DNA of 64,000 bases from Candidatus Iainarchaeum sp. Lineage in GTDB: Archaea > Iainarchaeota > Iainarchaeia > Iainarchaeales > Iainarchaeaceae. The notes beneath the pieces were generated by a model. That model was not told where the DNA came from and made no database searches. It saw only the letters and a program-made list of their open reading frames with translations. Below, in pieces: positions 53,601-62,300 of this stretch; within the stretch, counting starts at the first letter, position 1; the number at the start of each line of letters is the position of its first letter. The position numbers were made by a program, and so were the translations under genes. The stretch is from positions 398 to 64,397 of the forward strand of contig JACQPB010000041.1 of the NCBI GenBank assembly GCA_016202305.1, given 5' to 3'.

Positions 53601-54281
53601 GATTGAGGAAACCTCGTCCTTTTCCTGCGCGATTTCCTCGGAGGAATCAAGAAAATCAATCATGCCGTCAAGATAGACGCCCTCGCGCAGCTTCACGGGC
53701 CGATAGTCGCTCTGAACTAGCTCCGCGCCGAGCCAGCCAGCAAGCTCCTTCGCATTGGGAATGGTGGCGGAGAGTCCGAGCACCTGCATCTTCGGGTTCA
53801 GGAGGCGCAACTTGGTTATGAGCATTTCAAGAGCCGGGCCGCGGTCATTGCCGACAGAGTGAATCTCGTCAACGACAAGAAGGCCCAAAGAGGATAGCCA
53901 CTCGGCCTTGTGGTTCAGGAGAGATGCAATTTTTTCGTAAGTGCTGAATATTATGTCCTTGTTGGAAAGGTAAACTCCGGAAGAGTCGAAGTCACCGGTA
54001 CTGAGCACTGTCCTTATCCTGAACCCCTTTGAGTACTTCTCCTTGAAGTCGTGCGCGTGCTCGGAGGCGAGGGCGCGCAGAGGCGCAATGTAAACGACTT
54101 TCTTGCGCAGGTTGAGTATTGAATTGAGGGCCGCTATTTCGGCAACTATTGTCTTTCCGGAAGCCGTGGGGGAACTCACTATCATGCTTTTTTCAAGCGC
54201 CCCTGAGGAAATTGCCTTCTCCTGCATGGGGTTGAATGAAGCGAAGCCGTTCTGCTTCTTCACTATTTCGAGGATTTCCAT
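50670..54281 (-). CDS. hel308: Hel308/Ski2-like DNA helicase, intein-containing
   Basis: Motifs present: FNPMQ, SSPTASGKT, VVDEIH and LSAT. STPTL is interrupted and resumes as SAGVNLPA..QAAGRAGR, followed by a C-terminal HhH. The exteins sum to ~700 aa. Confidence 0.92.
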   Translation of the reverse strand: MEILEIVKKQNGFASFNPMQEKAISSGALEKSMIVSSPTASGKTIVAEIAALNSILNLRKKVVYIAPLRALASEHAHDFKEKYSKGFRIRTVLSTGDFDSSGVYLSNKDIIFSTYEKIASLLNHKAEWLSSLGLLVVDEIHSVGNDRGPALEMLITKLRLLNPKMQVLGLSATIPNAKELAGWLGAELVQSDYRPVKLREGVYLDGMIDFLDSSEEIAQEKDEVSSIASDTLKKGKQALVFVNTRKMSESMARKLAALTAPMLKPSESIALEKASSKVLNALEQPTEQCRSLSTLVRQGACFHNAGLVQKQREVIEELFRKNYLKFICSTPTLCLIPETKIWGGIKEFQANSFSGRENVLALKGNKLGEIRPVEVQKIENTNSIIQIESVSGHAIKLTSNHQILVKRNGVKVLIHAGECKKGDKIATVGKIHADNSSVSYGINKFDYLGADFFYFVGCMLGDGYSGAETSNGAVKFKGSPCIVGRDSETFEYAKGVSTVLGLKYRETQNSYGVPELFLSKEKWFRELLLSCGVDVGEHKFIAESLKLAKKETVAALLQGLFDTDGHVQKLRDVGFSNISIILIKDIQRLLLTFGIVSRLRKRKGSSMSVGEKIYKTKDYYELTIANKKSIVSFCESIGFRIKRKQAALESLVKTIKQNIHFSCCKTCGFRLYNDLFSGRANSHRQWGAQKYQIIKLLGKFGECKSADIRKILGFMCYKKINRLNHHFELIERRRLAKAKYWRLNAIGQYIYQTVILGGKRLSEIISLENCPLCGAALEKKTKNGWREEDFEGDIYWDFVRKISVESSEEYPFVYNVVLPSDGSNDHLFAAEGFLVHNSAGVNLPAFRVIIHSPYRYTGAGMERIPVSEYKQAAGRAGRPKYDTEGEAILISRTEMEKDDYIDYFIKGEVESADSRLSSESQLRFHLLSAIATGFIFDLDSAEKFFSCTFYARQSSGISSLFSRVTSLVSELEAMGFVKSSDRRIDATLLGKRVSELYLDPLSAHRMVTMLRRNNTSDMSYLFTISSSSEFYPLISVPRSKEGELWEKLQEGKGLLPVNVDMEMFSDEGLLQKYWTSLMLNEWVSEVREQELVDLYKVQPGILRAKLQSADWLAYSALELAKLLGLEQHFSPLGRMRRRLKSGIREELIPLCELRGIGRVRARRLFNAGVKGIADVKRADVRDLGRILGEKVAVRVKGQMELKK
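51771..53282 (-). mobile_element. intein (504 aa) with LAGLIDADG homing-endonuclease domain, in Hel308
   Basis: It starts with Cys (CLIPETKIWGG) right after ICSTPTL and ends ..EGFLVHN followed by Ser. LAGLIDADG-type motifs are FVGCMLGDGYS and LLQGLFDTDGHV. It also has a Cys-pair ribbon (CCKTCG..CPLCG) and is A/T-rich. Confidence 0.88.
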
Positions 54282-54556
54282 AAACAAAGAACCTGCGGAA
54301 AGTGAATTAAATACCGGGGGAAGGGCTAATTCGCCCACCAAATCTCTTTCTGCGAAGCGCCCTTGTCCCCTGAAAACCTGACTATTGCGAACTCGTACAT
54401 CAAATCACCCACCAGAAGACGCGGCAGCCATTTATAAAGGTCTGGAGGCACCTCATTGCCGGTGCGGAATCTTCAATGCGGGAATTCTGGCACCGGCAAT
54501 GAACCGTCTCCTCAGGTATATAAAGCCCCGAAACTATATAGGCTTGAGGTGATCCA

Positions 54557-54640
54557 ATGAACGCATTCAGGCTCGTGAGGTTCATCGAAGGGATGAAAGG
54601 CGAGCACGACCCCAAGGCCAAAGTCATAAGGCTGATTTGA
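54557..54640 (+). CDS. small ORF, 27 aa (hypothetical)
   Basis: MNAFRLVRFIEGMKGEHDPKAKVIRLI. It is preceded by GAGGTGATCC, a 10-nt match to the anti-SD as I recall it, and by a TATA-like GGTATATAAAG ~30 nt upstream. Confidence 0.35.
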   Translation: MNAFRLVRFIEGMKGEHDPKAKVIRLI

Positions 54641-54661
54641 CCCCGCAATGGAGGGATTGCA

Positions 54662-54898
54662 ATGGAAGAATCTAAAGGACCGAAGGCAAAGTTCAGCGCT
54701 GGCGCTGTGCATGTTGCCATTTGGGAAAATACAGGAAAAGAAGGAATGCAGTACAACACTATCTCCATAGAGAAGCATTACAAGTCCGGGGAAGAGTGGA
54801 AAACCACGAAGTCACTGCGCACCAATGAATTGCCGAAAGCAATACTCGCGCTCCAGAAGGCGTACGAGTACCTTGCTCTCAGGGGACAGGAAGCATAG
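54662..54898 (+). CDS. small beta-rich protein, possibly PC4/Whirly-like ssDNA binder (hypothetical)
   Basis: ..AVHVAIWENTGKEGMQYNTISIEKHYKSGEEWKTTKSLRTNELPKAILALQKAYEYL has a beta-beta-beta-beta-alpha layout reminiscent of PC4-like folds. A GGAGGG SD is present. Confidence 0.45.
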   Translation: MEESKGPKAKFSAGAVHVAIWENTGKEGMQYNTISIEKHYKSGEEWKTTKSLRTNELPKAILALQKAYEYLALRGQEA

Positions 54899-55071
54899 CA
54901 GGCTTCCTCCCCCGGCACCTATAACGCCAAAACCAGATGAAAATATAGCAAATGACAAAAATAATTGAACAAAAACAAGCCATTTGCTATACTGTCAGGC
55001 GACCATAAAGTGTTCAAAAAATAATGTCGCCTGCTATAGTTTAATTAACATGAAAGTGGGATAAATGAATT

Positions 55072-55218
55072 ATGCCGGAAAAAAAACCGCCTCCGATAGG
55101 TTCGCTCCGCCATACCGTTCCAGTGAGCGATGCTCTGCGTAAAGCCCAGTTACAAGTTATAAAATGGAGAATGGAGGAAGAAGCCAAAAAAAGCAAAAAA
55201 CGCCCGGTAAAAAAATAG
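55072..55218 (+). CDS. small ORF, 48 aa (hypothetical)
   Basis: MPEKKPPPIGSLRHTVPVSDALRKAQLQVIKWRMEEEAKKSKKRPVKK. A TATA-like TAGTTTAATTAAC lies ~30 nt upstream. No SD is present. Confidence 0.25.
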   Translation: MPEKKPPPIGSLRHTVPVSDALRKAQLQVIKWRMEEEAKKSKKRPVKK

Positions 55219-55272
55219 GGCGGCAACATTGAACGGCCTTGGCCACAACCGCGGGACTTTTTGGTAAAACCC

Positions 55273-55929
55273 TCATTCCTGCGCCCATTTCCTTATAGCC
55301 TTGAGCGCGGCGAGTTCTTCTTCCACCTGCTTGAGCTTTTCATTGAATTCTGACAGCCTTGCCTCGGAAATCTCGGAGCGCAGGTCTATGAGCACGTCGG
55401 CATACTTTGCCACTTTCTTGTCCTTCTTGTACACTATGCTCGTCTGCACGGTTTCGACAAGATTCTTCCTGTACTCAAGGTCATTGATGAACATGTTAAT
55501 CATGGGCTTCCACTTTGGGTCGGCGGAAAGATGCACTGGCAGGCCGACCTTGCGCGCATCCTCGCTGTAATCCTTGTCCGTGAGGGACTTCGCGGTGTGC
55601 TGCCAGTAGAGCGGCTCGGAAAACTTCATGACCTGGTGCCTCCGGTGGTAGGATTTTGCGCTGGACTGCTTTCCCTTCCATTCCGCGAGCCTCTTCCCAT
55701 AGTTATCCTTCAGTTCCGCGAGCTCCTTTATTTGCGCATCAATGCGAAGGATGGATGGATAGAGCAGCTTGGGCCATACATGCTTTTCGCTTGCCTTCAC
55801 CGCGGATATGACGCCGCCGCGGGCGAAGTACCTCTTGAGCGCTCCGAGGCGCTCGCGCGTGTCCTTGCCTTCCTGAATCCCGAAGCGCTCCTGGAAAGAG
55901 CTGTAGGAACTGATTATGTTTTTGGCCAT
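55273..55929 (-). CDS. hypothetical protein (218 aa, helical)
   Basis: A long ORF with host-like composition and a C-terminal coiled coil (..EKLKQVEEELAALKAIRKW). No family was recognised. Confidence 0.5.
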   Translation of the reverse strand: MAKNIISSYSSFQERFGIQEGKDTRERLGALKRYFARGGVISAVKASEKHVWPKLLYPSILRIDAQIKELAELKDNYGKRLAEWKGKQSSAKSYHRRHQVMKFSEPLYWQHTAKSLTDKDYSEDARKVGLPVHLSADPKWKPMINMFINDLEYRKNLVETVQTSIVYKKDKKVAKYADVLIDLRSEISEARLSEFNEKLKQVEEELAALKAIRKWAQE

Positions 55930-56004
55930 ATATAAAAGGGAACGATAAAGCGGTTAATAAAGCTTATTTCACTGAGATTTACAGGGCTATTGGAGGATGA
56001 TGCG

Positions 56005-56412
56005 ATGTTTCCTGGTTTAGGCGGTCTCGGCGGTGGCATGGACCCGCGCAGGATGAAGGCCATGCTCAGGCAGTTCGGCATAAAGTCAGAGGACATCAAT
56101 GCGAAGCGCGTCATCTTCGAGCTTGAAAGCGGGAAGCTCGTCATCGAGAACCCACAGGTCACGGCGATGGACATACAGGGAAAGAAGACCTACACGGTCA
56201 TGGGAGAGGCCAAGGACTCCTTGCACGATGGTGCTGGCGATTCGGATTCGGTGGAAGAGGAAACATCTGATGCGGAGGAAGGCGCACAGGAAATACCTGA
56301 GTCGGATGTTGAAATGGTCGCGGAGAAGGCAAAGGCCACTAAAGCGAAAGCGCGCAAGGCGCTTGAGGAAACGGGCGGCGACATAGCGGAAGCCATTGAG
56401 AAATTGAAGTGA
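56005..56412 (+). CDS. nac: nascent polypeptide-associated complex protein (NAC alpha)
   Basis: MDPRRMKAMLRQFGIKSEDINAKRVIFELESGKLVIENPQVTAMDIQG.. is the NAC domain. A C-terminal UBA follows (..KARKALEETGGDIAEAIEKL). Confidence 0.9.
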   Translation: MFPGLGGLGGGMDPRRMKAMLRQFGIKSEDINAKRVIFELESGKLVIENPQVTAMDIQGKKTYTVMGEAKDSLHDGAGDSDSVEEETSDAEEGAQEIPESDVEMVAEKAKATKAKARKALEETGGDIAEAIEKLK

Positions 56413-56456
56413 ATAACTTTAAATACTAATTATACCTAATTATACTATGTGGTTCT

Positions 56457-56687
56457 GTGGCTGAAACAGAGGTCATTGTGAAGGCAAGGAAATGGGGCAA
56501 CAGCATCGGGTTCACGGTCCCGAAGAACACCGTGGAAAAGGAGGGCATCAGGGCGGGTGAGGATTTCAGGCTAAGGATCAGCAGGCCGCTGAAAATGCCC
56601 CACCCCGGTTCATTTGGCTTCCTGAATGGGTGGAAAATAGATTCCCAGAAGCTCAAGGACAGGCTAAGGGAAGAGAGTGACTGGTAA
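56457..56687 (+). CDS. vapB: AbrB/MazE/SpoVT-type antitoxin (VapB)
   Basis: VIVKARKWGNSIGFTVPKNTVEKEGIRAGEDFRLRI is a swapped-hairpin motif. The gene abuts the following PIN gene. Confidence 0.8.
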   Translation: MAETEVIVKARKWGNSIGFTVPKNTVEKEGIRAGEDFRLRISRPLKMPHPGSFGFLNGWKIDSQKLKDRLREESDW

Positions 56688-57047
56688 ATGTATTTTTTCG
56701 ACACCTACGCTCTGATAGAGAAAAACAAGGGCAGCCAAAATTACGAAAAGTATTCCGGTGAACCGGTAATGACAAGTGTCTTCCACCTCTACGAATTCTT
56801 TTATTCCGCGCTCGGCGAGTTTGAAGAGAGCAAATCCAGGGAGGCAATGGGCAGGCTCGGGGCGAACAAAATAGAGGTGCTTGACAGGGACATTATCGAA
56901 GCCTCGAAGTTCCGGAGGCAAAACAGGCAGAAAAGGCTCTCCTACGCCGACTGCATGGGCTACATCCTCGCAAAGAGGATAGGCGCGAAGTTCCTAACCG
57001 GCGACAAAGAGTTCAGGGGAATGGAAAACGTCGAATTCGTGAAGTGA
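56688..57047 (+). CDS. vapC: PIN-domain toxin VapC
   Basis: MYFFDTYALIE.., ..YEFFYS.., ..SYADCMGYILA.. and ..LTGDKEF match the PIN pattern. Confidence 0.75.
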   Translation: MYFFDTYALIEKNKGSQNYEKYSGEPVMTSVFHLYEFFYSALGEFEESKSREAMGRLGANKIEVLDRDIIEASKFRRQNRQKRLSYADCMGYILAKRIGAKFLTGDKEFRGMENVEFVK

Positions 57048-57124
57048 AAAAGTAAATGGTTCTTCGCGGAGAAACGGGAAAAGGCATGCGACCTTGTACT
57101 CGTTACATGCATTCCTTCAAAAGC

Positions 57125-58453
57125 CTATGATTCCTCCGCCTGTATGCTCGAAGCGCCATTCCTCTGGCTTGCGGCCATCATGATGCTCAGGTTGACCTTG
57201 TCACCGGCCGAATGGTTGGGCCTCACCAATGCGGTGAATGAGCCGGGCTGAACGGGGAATGAAATGTTCTGGTCTGGCACGGAAACGATGTTCGAATCGA
57301 TTATCGCCCCCTGCATCACGTTGATGTCGAGCGCAGCCTCCTTGGAGAGCGCAGCTATGGCGGAGAGGAAATCCTCCCGCGGCGACATTGCCTTGACGCT
57401 GGCACGGAGCGCGTGCTCCGGCTCCTTTACAGATTCGACTACGAAGCCCAGGTAGCCGAGCCCGTCCTCGATGCCCCTGATGAAAGCAGGATAATTGGAG
57501 TCGGAGCCGCTTGCGGGAACCACGGAAACGTAATTGGAATCGAGCGCGAGCCTGAAAGAGGCAATGCCATTGTAATCGGCAAGGAACGCATTGATGTCAC
57601 GGGAAGACAGCGCATCGGGGCTGGCAAAGTAAAGCCTCGTCTCTTCGCCGAGGGGCTGGAGGCCCGTAACAGCATTCGAATCAAGGGTTGAGGTTATTTT
57701 TGCGGCGAGCGCATTCAGGTCCGCCTTGCGTGAGCGCGGAGCGACAGACAATAGGGAATAGGCGTTTCCGAGCGATGCCAGCGCATATGTGCCTGAAGTG
57801 AAGTAAATCTGCTCGGTGGTGGCACGGTTCTGCTGTATCACCGCAGTAGCGTTTGAAATGTCCTGCCCCCGGAATTCCGCGGTGATGGAAATCGTTATTT
57901 CATCCCCGGGCAGCGCACCGGAGTCCACGAAGCTTTGCAGTTGCGCTCCGGGAAAGGAATAGTTCTGGTCAACGCCGAGGTCGGCATTGGTGAAAATGAT
58001 TGCCTGCGGCACTGAAACAAGCGCCTGGGGGAAGAGCTGCACCGCGGAAAACGAACTCGAATCGTTCAAGGCGAGAAATGCGCCCTGCATTTTTTCCGGG
58101 GACGAGAACCTGAGTTCAGCGCGGAAATTTGCCCCGCCTTCGCTTGATGAGAGGAACTGCGCATTCTCCACTGCAAGTATTCCGGGAACCTGCCTTATGG
58201 CGGCCACAATTGGCGCGACATCATCCGCATCGGTCAGGGCAGCGAGAACCGCTGTGGGAAACAACTGGATGACCTTTGCGTTTACGCCGCTCGCGGCGTA
58301 AGTTATCGTGGTGGGCTGCTGCGGAACAACGCCCGGAGGGATTACGGGGCCCGTGCCGGTGTCATCAGCACCAAGCCCTATTCCTAGTATGGAGCCAACC
58401 ATCACTACGGCAATGACAAGCGCAAAAACCTGGTTCTGTGAAAGCCGCACCAA
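57125..58453 (-). CDS. N-terminally anchored extracytoplasmic protein (hypothetical)
   Basis: (M)VRLSQNQVFALVIAVVMVGSILGIGLG is a TM anchor, followed by a Ser/Ala/Asn-rich ~410-aa domain. The start is TTG or GTG. Confidence 0.55.
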   Translation of the reverse strand: MVRLSQNQVFALVIAVVMVGSILGIGLGADDTGTGPVIPPGVVPQQPTTITYAASGVNAKVIQLFPTAVLAALTDADDVAPIVAAIRQVPGILAVENAQFLSSSEGGANFRAELRFSSPEKMQGAFLALNDSSSFSAVQLFPQALVSVPQAIIFTNADLGVDQNYSFPGAQLQSFVDSGALPGDEITISITAEFRGQDISNATAVIQQNRATTEQIYFTSGTYALASLGNAYSLLSVAPRSRKADLNALAAKITSTLDSNAVTGLQPLGEETRLYFASPDALSSRDINAFLADYNGIASFRLALDSNYVSVVPASGSDSNYPAFIRGIEDGLGYLGFVVESVKEPEHALRASVKAMSPREDFLSAIAALSKEAALDINVMQGAIIDSNIVSVPDQNISFPVQPGSFTALVRPNHSAGDKVNLSIMMAASQRNGASSIQAEES

Positions 58454-58598
58454 TACACGCCCCGCAACAAATTAACCTTAAAATACCATCCGGGAGCAAA
58501 TTCTGAGCCGGAAGATATACAACTCCGAATGAAAAAGGTTTTAAAAGGGCTTTTTGGCCGCAATTATGCCAAGCCGCCGTTTTGAAAAAGGGTTTTTT

Positions 58599-59339
58599 AT
58601 GAAGGAAAAAAGCGTTGTTCTAGTAGAATTCACAGGCAGGGAGCTTACAACTGGAAAAGTGTTCGACACGACATCCGAAAAGGCCGCAAAGGAAGCCGGC
58701 ATCCACCGTGAAAACATGGCCTTCCGGCCAATGCCCGTGATTGTCGGCAACGGGGACGTGCTTCCCGCACTCGATGAAGCGCTCAGGGGCATGAACGAAG
58801 GCGAATCCAAAAACATCAGGCTCGCGCCGGAAAAGGCGTTCGGCGAGCGAAGGAAAGACCTCATTGTGGTTGTGCCGATACGCGAGTTCACCGAAAGGAA
58901 GATTAGGCCTCTGCCTGGCCTCATCGTGGACGTCAATGGCCAGTATGGGCGCGTGCAAACGGTTTCAGGAGGCCGCGTCAGGATTGACCTCAACTCCGAC
59001 CTTGCCGGAAAGGAAGTGGAGTACGAGCTGAAAATAGTGAAAGAGCTGAAAGGCACGCAGGAAATCTGCCAAGAATTAGCTGAAAAGTTCTTCCCGCTCA
59101 AGTCATCGAAAGCGGAAGTGCGGGCAGGCAAGGACGGCATAAAGCTCAAGCTCCCGAAAGAGCTGGTACAGCAGCTCACGCCAATAACCGTCGAATACAC
59201 GAAAACCCTCAGGTCCGTGCTCCCGGACATGAGCGAGGTGACCGTGGTGGAAAGCTTCGAGGAAAAGAAGGCCGGCACGAAGGCACTGCTGCCGCAGGCT
59301 GAAAAAACGGCAAAGAAGAAAACGGCGCCTATTATATAG
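58599..59339 (+). CDS. FKBP-type peptidyl-prolyl isomerase (long archaeal type with IF insert)
   Basis: VLVEFTGRELTTGKVFDTT.., ..VIVGNGDVLPALDEALRGMNEGESK.. and ..GRVRIDLNSDLAGKEVEYELKIV match the FKBP pattern. Confidence 0.88.
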   Translation: MKEKSVVLVEFTGRELTTGKVFDTTSEKAAKEAGIHRENMAFRPMPVIVGNGDVLPALDEALRGMNEGESKNIRLAPEKAFGERRKDLIVVVPIREFTERKIRPLPGLIVDVNGQYGRVQTVSGGRVRIDLNSDLAGKEVEYELKIVKELKGTQEICQELAEKFFPLKSSKAEVRAGKDGIKLKLPKELVQQLTPITVEYTKTLRSVLPDMSEVTVVESFEEKKAGTKALLPQAEKTAKKKTAPII

Positions 59340-59361
59340 AACCCCCCACCATCATTAGATT

Positions 59362-62300
59362 ATGTGGTCTGCACGGCCGAAGCTTGCGGCACTGGCGGTC
59401 TTTGCTTTTGCCGCAATTGCATTACTTTCAGGATGCACTTTCGGCCAGGACCCAACGGCGGAAATAACTGTTTACGTGAATGATGCCTCCGGCAGCCCGG
59501 TGGACGGAGCATATGTCACTGTTTACTCAAGTTATAGCTTTGGCACGGGCATAGAAAAAACCCTGGAACTCGGCGGCACCATAACAGCCACGGACACCAC
59601 GAAAAACGGGCGCGCAACATTCAACATAACACCAGGGAACTACGCTTTCAAGGCATCAAAAGACGGCGCGCAGGGCGACGCGGAACAGCTTATTGTTTCC
59701 TCCCAAAGCAGCATTACCATACGCCTCAAGCCCAAAGAGGGGATTGTGACGGCGGAAATATGCACAAATGGCCGCGATGATGACTCTGATGGAAAAACCG
59801 ACTGCCTTGATGAGGATTGTTCGGGAAATGCAGCCTGCACCGGAGGCGAAATGGCAGCAGACGCCGGAAAGGAATACAGGTTTAATGCAAACAGAGAAGC
59901 CAAACTGAGTGCAAACGCAAGCGGCGGGCGCGAGCCTTATTCCTATCAGTGGAGCATAAATGCTGACCTGCAGAATTGCTCCATTGATGACCCCACCCTG
60001 AAAAATCCGGCAGTCAGATGCATCCGGACAGGCGAATCGGAAATAACGCTTACTGTAAAGGACTCTTCAAATCCCGCAAAAGCCGCGACTTCGAAGGCGG
60101 CTCTCTTTTCGCTCGCCCCGCCAGTTGAATTGTGCGGCAATGGAAGTGACGATGATGGAGACGGAAGCGTTGATTGCGCGGACTTTTCATGCTATGCGAG
60201 CAGCGCCTGCATTGATGCATCATGCAAAGGCTATCCGGCAGGGGATGATAAAATAGAAGGCGCGCCCGCGCGCGATATCGGGCTCAAGTCCATAAGCGCA
60301 CTTAGCGCCCTTGAAACGGTAAAGGCAACAACCGACCAGCTTCTTGGAAATGGGAAATCCCCCGGCGTTGCCCCGCAATCTGTGGGAACCCTTAGGGCAA
60401 TCTCGCTCAAAAGAAAGGCCGCGATGCTTGAGCTTGCGCAGAGCCAGCCAAGCCTGTTCCTGCTAAATGCAATGAGCGAAAAGGATAGGCAGAGCCTGCC
60501 TGAAAATGTTTCGGCAAATATTGAGAAAAAAGAAGTGGTCGAGGGGACATTGCGCGTATTTGAAAACCCCCACCTTAGCCCTGGCAAGTCAAAGGAGAGC
60601 GAGTCCGCCGAGCCGTTTGCGCACACAATAAGAACGACGGGCAAGCTCGAGTACGCCCTCAAGTTTGCAGATAATACCGGCGTTGGGTTTGTGTCCGAGC
60701 AAAAAGTGGTTGCGCGCGGGGTTGCGCTCGAGAATGTATTGGTCGCAAAGGACGGCGAGCCTGAAAATGTCAAGGTTACGCAAAATCCCCCTGCAAATGA
60801 AAATTTGGGCGAACTCAAATTTGCAGTCATATTGGCAAAAACCCCCGGAACAAGTGACCCGGAGGCCGTGGACAAAATAAAATCCAACATCCAATACAAC
60901 AAAAAAATCCTCGAGGAAATGGCCTATGGCAAGAGCAAATTCACATTCGATGTGTACGGCTGGTACGAGGTAAAGCCCAAATCCCCTGACTACACTTCTG
61001 ACATTGATATTCTAAAGGTAGCCGAGGCCGCGGGAGTGGATTTTTCCGGCTATGGGGGAATAATGATTGTCGATAAAGGTCAATGCTTTGGATGCGCAAT
61101 TGTCGGAAAAATTGTATATGATGGGGAACTTGCAAAATACAGCGGGAAGTGGTACTCATGGTATTCGCCCTCGGCTTTTGACATTGATGGATTTACGGTG
61201 GTGTCGCACGAGCTTGGCCACAACCTGGGGCTGCACCATGCAAACAAGCTGGAGTGCAACGGGGCTGCGGACGGGGACTTTTCAGATTGCACCCATGTCG
61301 AGTATGGGGACAGCTTTGATACTATGGGCTCTGCCGATGGCCAGCACTTCAATTTGCCATACAAGAAAATAATAGGATGGATTGACGCGGGCAAAATTAT
61401 CACCGCAGATAAAAGCGGAATTTATACCATCAACCCCATTGAAAAGGATTCCGGGATTTTGGGCATACAAATACCAAGAAAGGTCGATGAGAGCGGAAAG
61501 GCCGAGCAGTTCTACTACCTCGAATTGCGCCTGCCCATAGGCTCTGATGAGCATATGCTCAAAAGCATCAAAAAAGGAATACAGCTAAGGATACAGAACC
61601 ACTATTATGAGAACGGGACAACGCACCACTTCGAGCAGGCGGGTGGCGAAGTCTACCCCCTCACAGGAATCATATCCGAAGGCGAATCGTTTACGGACAG
61701 GCAGACGGGCACAAGTGTAAAGCTTATGTCAATATCCGTGGAGAGCGCCAAGGTTGAAATTTCGCTCCCGAACCTCAAGTGCACCAGAAGCGAACCCGAG
61801 TTCACGGTCGCGCAGGCCAAAATAAATGCAAAACCTGGCCAGACCGCATACCTTAACGCAAAAATAACAAACAGGGATTCGGTCGCATGCAGCGACCGAC
61901 AGATATACGTCGAACATGAGAAGGGCAAGGAAAGGGAATATGAGGTTACGTTCTATTCGCCGACCGGGGTGTTTTATGCCGGCAACAGCAAGGAAGAGCC
62001 GGTAAAGATTGCAAGCGGCCAGACAATCAATGCGGTCGTTACCATACATGGCTCCGGAACGCAGGGAGATTTTGCGCGCGAGATAGCGCTTTATGAAAAG
62101 GGGAAAAAGATTGCCTCAAGGCCCGTTACGCTATCGGTGCTGGAAAAAACGGATTCCACGGATTTTTTCGGAAAGGACATGGCGATTAGGTTCAAATACG
62201 ACCAGAGCAGCGAAGGCTATTATCTGCTTGACAAAAACGGGAAGCTCTATGCTGTGGGAAACGCAAATAACGTGTTTGAAGACCCTCCGGCGATGGCAGC

